This document shows positions 59,640 to 64,000 of a stretch of 64,000 bases of DNA, piece by piece. The stretch lies in the NCBI GenBank assembly GCA_951406725.2, contig OX597815.1, forward strand, positions 159,340,001-159,404,000. Direction: 5' to 3'. The notes under the pieces were generated by a model. It saw nothing but the letters and a program-made list of their open reading frames with translations, had not been told where the DNA came from and did not search any database. The translations under genes and the position numbers were made by a program. How positions within the stretch are numbered: the stretch's first letter is position 1; every line of letters begins with the position of its first letter. Source of the stretch: Octopus vulgaris. Lineage: Eukaryota.

Positions 59640-61199
59640 CATCATCATCATCGTTTAACGTCCGTTCTCCATGCTAGCATGGGTTGGACATTTTGACCGG
59701 GGATCTGGGAAGCCAGAAGGCTGCACCAGGCTCCAGTCTTATCTGGCAATGTTTCTACAGCTGGATGCCCTTCCTAACGCCAACCACTCCGTGAGTGTAG
59801 TGGGGGCTTTTTACGTGCCACCTGTATATATGTGTGTGTATATCTATAACTATAAAAGAGAGTTTGTATGTGTGTGTGTGTCCCTTATGCATTCCAAAAA
59901 CTGAGTTGCCGATTTTGACGTATGGGGTATCAAAAGATTCAGTACTATTTCCGCTACCAACTAAACTTTATTTTCATTGACGTACTTGCATTACAAAAAT
60001 TTAAAATTATAATCTTTTCCATAACTCAACTATTGTAAGCATTTTATACAACGACGGCATCACATTTTCTACATAAGTGTGTACCTTAAAAAAACATCCA
60101 TCATTACGACACACACCTTCACTCACTCACTCACTCTCTCTCTCTCTCTTGCACACATCCATTTCATATACACATACATACATTCTATTTTTACGGAGTT
60201 GGGTAGTTAATCTTAAAGTTCTTGAGATCTCAATTCACTGAATTATCACATGAGGCTTGTTAGGGTGCATAGCTCTCCCAATGTGTTAGGTTTATAAGTT
60301 TGTAGTAATGTTGTTAGTGCAAAATATAAATAATAATAAGAAAAGAAAAACTGGGAAAAGTTCTGAAGATGAAAAAATAAACATCAAAACCAAATTTATT
60401 GCCTGATTATTTTATTAACCCTTTAGCAGTCAAATTAATTTATCAAATGTAATGCTTATTTATCCACATTTTAAAAAATTGATCATGTATTATCTTGTAG
60501 TTTCAAGATTTTTGAAGATGTAATTGTTTTTTATAATGACATTGTACGGTAAATGTGGGAGGCTGGATCTGGCCAGTTTCAACATAAAACAGATAAAATA
60601 TTTGGGCTGGATATAGCTGGTTTAAATGCTAAAAGGTTAATGTTGGGGGAGAGAACGGAAATTCACAGTAAATTGCAAAATGTTTGTTTTCCCTATTTTG
60701 TCAAGTTATTTGTTGGTTGAGTCTTTGCAATTAGTGATAGTGTCTCTGCAGCTACTTTATATTTTCAAATTACCACCAGACTGAGAACAGGTTTCACAAC
60801 TTCATTAACCTTAGACTAAAGAATTTCGTCATAGAAGTATAAAGAAGGAAATTCTCAAAGAAAATAGTAAACTGTTTCAAAACATCCCAATTAATGGATA
60901 AAGTCTTTCCTTATTGATGTTATTTTTATACCTTATTGATTGCATGTATTGTTAGAAGGCCATTTGTCGATAATCTGTGTTTTGACCCCTTTTTTGTATT
61001 TCATGTGTTTTTTTACATGTCCATTTTTCTTTATGGTCTAGAATTTACGTCCCATGATAGAAATACTAGCCTGCCTGGATTGAAACCAGAAAACAAGATC
61101 TCCAATGATTTCATCAAATTCCAACTACTTGGCAGCTCAAATGATGCTGACCACAACCACAATCAGACTCCAAAGCAGTCAAGAAAGCATCATAGTCAG
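22538..61199 (+). CDS. KATNIP: KATNIP/KIAA0556 ortholog, partial (9 exons, 1047 nt = 349 codons); start not located, gene continues past the window (next acceptor AG at 63997-63998)
   Basis: Exons 22538-22608, 26782-26969, 29297-29461, 33437-33525, 37361-37468, 40420-40485, 51364-51502, 56553-56615, 61042-61199 all have AG/GT ends and compatible phases with no stop. Motifs [35 protein letters not shown] and IVLEFG occur in the same order as recalled human KATNIP motifs (YLILLQQRNR, EQGFSVYVNGAN, YSDDFE, LRRSLEL, VVLEFN). Confidence 0.88.
23141..23346. repeat. 92-bp near-perfect inverted repeat with 22-nt loop, between (TA)n tracts
   Basis: Arms 23141-23232 and 23255-23346 differ at one position. 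Confidence 0.92.
24045..24294. mobile_element. mariner-derived MITE
   Basis: TIRs ttggtgcataa...ttatgcaccaa flanked by TA; internal minus-strand [17 protein letters not shown] (mariner C-terminus). Confidence 0.8.
24356..24405 (-). ncRNA. minimal type I hammerhead-like ribozyme, G3-C8 core variant
   Basis: UUUGUCA-GUGAACA-G-GUCGC ggauuuua GUGAC-GAAA-AUAU-U-U-UGACAAA: stem I 7 bp, stem II 5 bp, palindromic stem III. Confidence 0.65.
26782..26969 (+). CDS. KATNIP: KATNIP exon MLRKLMTK...[12 protein letters not shown]...AAAQL
   Basis: tttttgtag|G ATG ... CTAA|gtaaga; phase 2 to 1. Confidence 0.9.
28111..28350. repeat. 18-bp minisatellite (atggctacatgaggcaca), ~13 copies
   Basis: Seen directly; produces the spurious HEAQWL / PHVAIV ORFs. 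Confidence 0.92.
28506..28873. mobile_element. hAT(Charlie)-like MITE remnant; similar element ~49246-49463
   Basis: Begins cagtgtttcccaac / cagtggttcccaaag, with a degenerate matching right end. Confidence 0.5.
29217..29252 (+). ncRNA. minimal hammerhead-like fold (CUGUGGA core variant) in a Penelope-like fragment
   Basis: CUUU-CUGUGGA-A-GAGC guag GCUC-GAAA-CG-U-A-AAAG; related copy at 15416-15449. Confidence 0.5.
29297..29461 (+). CDS. KATNIP: KATNIP exon (M)ARRNRFF...RKRWNIKSI...MDED
   Basis: ctaatattttcag|TG ... GATG|gtgagt; phase 1 to 1. Confidence 0.85.
30779..31222 (+). mobile_element. non-autonomous Helitron (related 5' fragment from 59843)
   Basis: TCtatacatataaagctgaagttg start; cccaagcaacgccagg hairpin remnant then CTAG|T. 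Confidence 0.75.
33437..33525 (+). CDS. KATNIP: KATNIP exon (V)[29 protein letters not shown]
   Basis: cttttag|TT ... AAA|gtaaat; phase 1 to 0; a second in-frame acceptor would start the exon at 33449. Confidence 0.8.
33989..34340. repeat. ~180-bp local tandem duplication including the left end of a piggyBac-like MITE
   Basis: gcttttctggcaaacattga...ggcctctta at 33989-34154 and 34168-34340. Confidence 0.8.
34244..34466. mobile_element. piggyBac-like MITE (~225 bp); copies at 48864-49091, 52069-52283, 60415-60640
   Basis: TTAA|C(C/T)CTTTAGCA ... TGCTAAAG(G/A)G|TTAA termini with shared internal sequence. Confidence 0.8.
35019..35345 (+). mobile_element. tRNA-derived SINE, further family (copies ~26285-26670 plus, 31919-32152 minus, 54635-54975 minus)
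   Basis: ggctcagtggttagagc A-box, gagttcaatt B-box, cttgaacaagacact CORE-like segment, tail catggccgaaaggggtctttacc. Confidence 0.75.
36841..36854. promoter_or_regulatory. RFX X-box motif GTTGCCATAGCAAC
   Basis: Matches the X-box consensus GTTGCC-AT-RGCAAC; lies in apparently unique intronic sequence of a ciliary gene. Confidence 0.55.
37361..37468 (+). CDS. KATNIP: KATNIP exon [11 protein letters not shown]...LSIADIK
   Basis: ttttaaaag|GAT ... AAG|gtaagt; phase 0 to 0. Confidence 0.8.
38412..39432 (+). mobile_element. two 3' fragments of RLE non-LTR retrotransposons (38412-39010, with a duplicated ~115-bp 3' UTR unit; 39250-39432)
   Basis: EKEKTY..L...[10 protein letters not shown] and IPIIIGAL...SGTVKIC are C-terminal RLE motifs. 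Confidence 0.7.
40420..40485 (+). CDS. KATNIP: KATNIP exon [22 protein letters not shown]
   Basis: ttattacag|AAA ... TCT|gtaagt; phase 0 to 0. Confidence 0.82.
42209..42756. mobile_element. ~550-bp non-coding element bounded by (AAT)n tracts; probable non-autonomous retroelement
   Basis: Sharp boundaries at (aat)n 42168-42208 and 42757-42788; no ORF. Confidence 0.55.
42789..45136 (+). mobile_element. young 5'-truncated R4/Dong-clade non-LTR retrotransposon (RT + CCHC + restriction-like endonuclease), one frameshift near 43600
   Basis: RT motifs [49 protein letters not shown]; then [38 protein letters not shown]; stop at 45032; (TAA)n on both flanks. Confidence 0.95.
47449..47646 (+). mobile_element. 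Penelope-like fragment inserted in the (TA)n spacer of a SINE
   Basis: (TA)n on both sides; contains a minimal hammerhead. Confidence 0.7.
47514..47547 (+). ncRNA. minimal type I hammerhead ribozyme (Penelope type)
   Basis: GUUU-CUGAUGA-A-GGG cucc CUC-GAAA-CG-U-U-AAAC: canonical core, palindromic ACGU stem III. Confidence 0.7.
48436..48591. repeat. 29-bp perfect inverted repeat pair (MITE-like)
   Basis: tataaatacagtgtacatttaaacacaaa ... tttgtgtttaaatgtacactgtatttata. Confidence 0.7.
51364..51502 (+). CDS. KATNIP: KATNIP exon [12 protein letters not shown]...[11 protein letters not shown]
   Basis: catttaaag|GGA ... TCTT|gtaagt; phase 0 to 1. Confidence 0.82.
54230..54600 (-). mobile_element. 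ancient RTE LINE RT remnant
   Basis: [14 protein letters not shown]...YDLIL resembles V.EAL.REF..GCPWELLYADDL. Confidence 0.5.
56553..56615 (+). CDS. KATNIP: KATNIP exon (C)[20 protein letters not shown]
   Basis: cacttaaag|GT ... ACAG|gttagt; phase 1 to 1. Confidence 0.72.
57430..57867 (+). mobile_element. RTE 3'-end copy with (TGA)n tail (many more: ~1545-1808, 45760-45968, 49537-49730, 53793-54070, 59638-59823)
   Basis: Shared ggtggcacrtaaaagcaccc-actacactctcggagtggttggcgttaggaagggcatccagctgtagaaac...ccatgctagcatgg...aaatgatgatg. Confidence 0.85.
57880..59510 (-). mobile_element. 5'-truncated, decayed RTE-clade LINE (RT C-terminal part, Cys/His finger, 3' UTR)
   Basis: [17 protein letters not shown]...[30 protein letters not shown]...MLHGSETW; in-frame stops. 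Confidence 0.88.
61042..61199 (+). CDS. KATNIP: KATNIP exon (E)FTSHDRN...RKHHSQ
   Basis: ggtctag|AA ... CAG|gtatat; phase 1 to 0; supported by phase and splice sites more than by recalled homology. Confidence 0.65.
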
Positions 61200-62339
61200 G
61201 TATATCTCATTTGATTCTATTGATTAAGCTGCCTTCATTAATGGGTTAGCAGGACTTTTATGTGAGTGCAACTATAGGAAACAAGTTTCTAGTTACTTCT
61301 TTCAGTCCTTTGTTTACACTGGCTGATGGCTACTGGATTACAATAACGCATTTCGTTTCTGCTCTTGGTTACTAACCGTTTTGTTTTGATGATTTTGTAA
61401 GTGTGTGTGTTTATGTGTGTGTGTGTGTGTGCTTGTTTCTCATTAGACTGACAGTCTGTCAGTCAGTCAATAGTTGATAATGTTAAGAGTTACTAGGACA
61501 AGGAAAATGTAAAAAAAAAAAAAAGAAGAAAATAAGGAAATAAAATAAAGAAATAATATTAAAACAAATAGAAAGCTTTAGGAAGTGTTTATTGTTGCAA
61601 GACTCCAGTATCAGTAATGTCTAATTATATCATACAACTGGCAATAATCAATGCTGAGTTAGTTACATGCTCTGTATTTGTTGGACTAAACAACATTAAA
61701 CAAATATGCTGTGTTCCTTCCACGTTGCTTTTATGAAAGCATAAATCGCAAACTCTATGTTGTTTTTTTAACCTGTGGACGAAAATATGCATGGTTTTGA
61801 GTAACGCTTCTAACTGTCAACCCCTCTTAACAATGCTGAATGAAACTATACAGTTTTTGTGGAATGAAGCAGTCCTGTATAAAGCTCCAATACTGAAGTC
61901 TGGACAATGTTCTTTTCATGGACCAATGCAAATTATTACAAGAGGAAAGAAAAATCAAACTCAAATAAATACAAGACATTATTCTGCTTGTTTAACATGA
62001 CTTCAAGTTCGTACATTTTGTACTAATTCATTTTTAGATATTTTACAACAGTAAGTATTAATTTAATGACTGTTTGTAAAAACTTCTCATTTCTTCTGTC
62101 AGTTTACCTATTTTGTGCATTTTAGGAACACTATCTAGCAATCTAGTTTTGATAAGAGAAAAATAAGAAAATGATAATATTATAACCAGTCCCGTGATGG
62201 CATAACTACGATTAAAAAATGAAAAATTAGTTATCGCTGTGGATAAAACTTTTCTATTGTGAATTGCTCTCAATCATTATAAGTGCTGCCTTTGTTAGGT
62301 TTTGCTTGGAAACTATAATTTTCATTCTTGCAGCTGTGG

Positions 62340-62361
62340 TTGTCAACATCATATTCATCAT

Positions 62362-62393
<32 letters not shown>

Positions 62394-62560
62394 TCTTCAT
62401 AGTCCTTCCTTTTGTCATTGTCATCATGTTCCTCATCATCCCCATTGTCTTCATCATCATAATCAACATTGTTGAAGTTATCATTACCACCATCTTCATC
62501 ACCACCACCATCTTCACCACCACCACCACCACTATCATCATCATCATTATTGTTATTACT
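62340..62560. repeat. degenerate (CAT/CAC)n trinucleotide tract
   Basis: Seen directly; yields poly-M/I/T ORFs. Confidence 0.85.
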
Positions 62561-64000
62561 CTTCTAAGTGAAAAGTTTTATGTTCAACTTTGTTACTAAT
62601 GTAGTAAATCTATCAATGTTATATTTTATTTCACCATAGTGTGTACATGAAAATATTGATTCATGTATGTGAGTCTTTATATGAAACTCTGTGTGTGCGT
62701 GTGGATAGAAATTTTATTACTTTCTTAGAGAATTTCACTCACATTTTTCTGTTTCTATTAATCTTTATGTAAGTTATAATATCCTGTATCTGTCTCCTTT
62801 CACTCCCTCCCCCACCCTGTCCTATAATCAAACCCTCTCTGTTATAGTATTTACATTTCATATCTTTGATATTGTTTATTTTTTTCCTTCTTAGATTACA
62901 TAAGAGATTAAAGCAGTAAATCTGAGCGAAACCTGTAAAATAGGAACTGTTTCTTGACAATACAAATGTTAATGTGTCTGTCTCCTAGCTTTTATATAGC
63001 AAAGTTGTTATATTTTTTTAAATATTATATTATTATTATTATTATTTATTTTTTGTTTCGATTGGTGTTCATTTCTCATTTGAATTTAATAAATTTATTG
63101 TAAACAAGGTTTTTTTTGCACTCAGTTAACCAAATGTCTCTGTTCAGTTTAAGAGTCATTTCTGGAAACATTATTTTTATTTTCTTCAATGAAAATGTTC
63201 TTAAATAAATTGTATTTGTAAATATCATTAGAGTTTAAGAGATGTCTGTTTTCAACAAAACAGAAAAAAAGAAAAAAAAAAAAAATCAAACAAATATTCA
63301 GAAACCAACAACAACAAAAATTCTCAATATGGCTGTTTGAGTTGTTAGAAATAGCAAACAAATCTTCCTCAAATCATTCACTATCTGGAAAATATTCAAA
63401 AGAAAACAAAACAGAAGGTTATCTTGGACATTATATGTCTAGATACACAATTCCTGGAAAAAAAAAAATTGGTGCAGGTGTGGCTGTATGGTAAGAAGCT
63501 TGCTTCCCAACCATATGATTCCAGGTTCAGTCCCACTACATGAAACCTTGGTCAAGTGTTTTCTGCTATAGCCTTGGGCTGACTAAAACCTCATGAGTGG
63601 ATTTGGTAGACGGAAACTGAAGGATGCCTATCATGTGTGTGTGTGTGTATGTGTGTGTGTCTGTGTTTTCCCCCAACTACCACAACTTGTTTTGGTGTAT
63701 TTACATTCCTGTAACTTAGCAGCTCAGCAAAATAGACTGATAGAATAAGAACCAGGCTTGAAAAAAAAAGTAGTCAATTCATTTGACGACTAATTCTTCA
63801 AGGTGGTACCCCAGCATGGCCACAGTCTCACAACCGAAACAAGTAAAAGATGACCTGCTCACATTGGGAATGATTTTGATGAAAGATCTGATCAGTTAAA
63901 GAACAGATGTTTTATTTGCATCACATTTTATATACATCAATACAATAAGAAAATTCACTCTCTCTATTTTGACTTTTTATTTCCCTTTTGTATTGCAGTT

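Noticed and set aside
62254-62599. Poly-Met/Ile/Thr ORFs (also the many YI/HT/CV-rich ORFs elsewhere)
   Set aside because: Microsatellite translations

Overview
AT-rich, repeat-dense metazoan genomic DNA; the SINE families strongly suggest an octopus (coleoid cephalopod). The one host gene I can support is a + strand KATNIP (KIAA0556, katanin-interacting ciliary protein) ortholog. Nine GT-AG exons from 22538 to 61199 splice in frame to 349 codons, and a further acceptor lies at 63998. Its 5' end was not found. The rest is mobile DNA: tRNA-derived SINEs, RTE LINE 3' ends (one expanded to ~4 kb with a 1515-bp duplication), (TAA)n-targeted R4/Dong-type RLE retrotransposons, non-autonomous Helitrons, mariner, piggyBac-like and hAT-like MITEs, and Penelope-like fold-backs. 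The most interesting signal is a set of minimal hammerhead-ribozyme folds in the Penelope-like repeats. These include a family with an inverted G3-C8 core pair (GUGAACA instead of CUGANGA) and a U6 variant just upstream of a KATNIP exon. Also notable are a tandemly amplified pseudoknot-like motif in RTE 3' UTRs and a canonical intronic RFX X-box. All calls were made by eye with no database searches; repeat boundaries are approximate.
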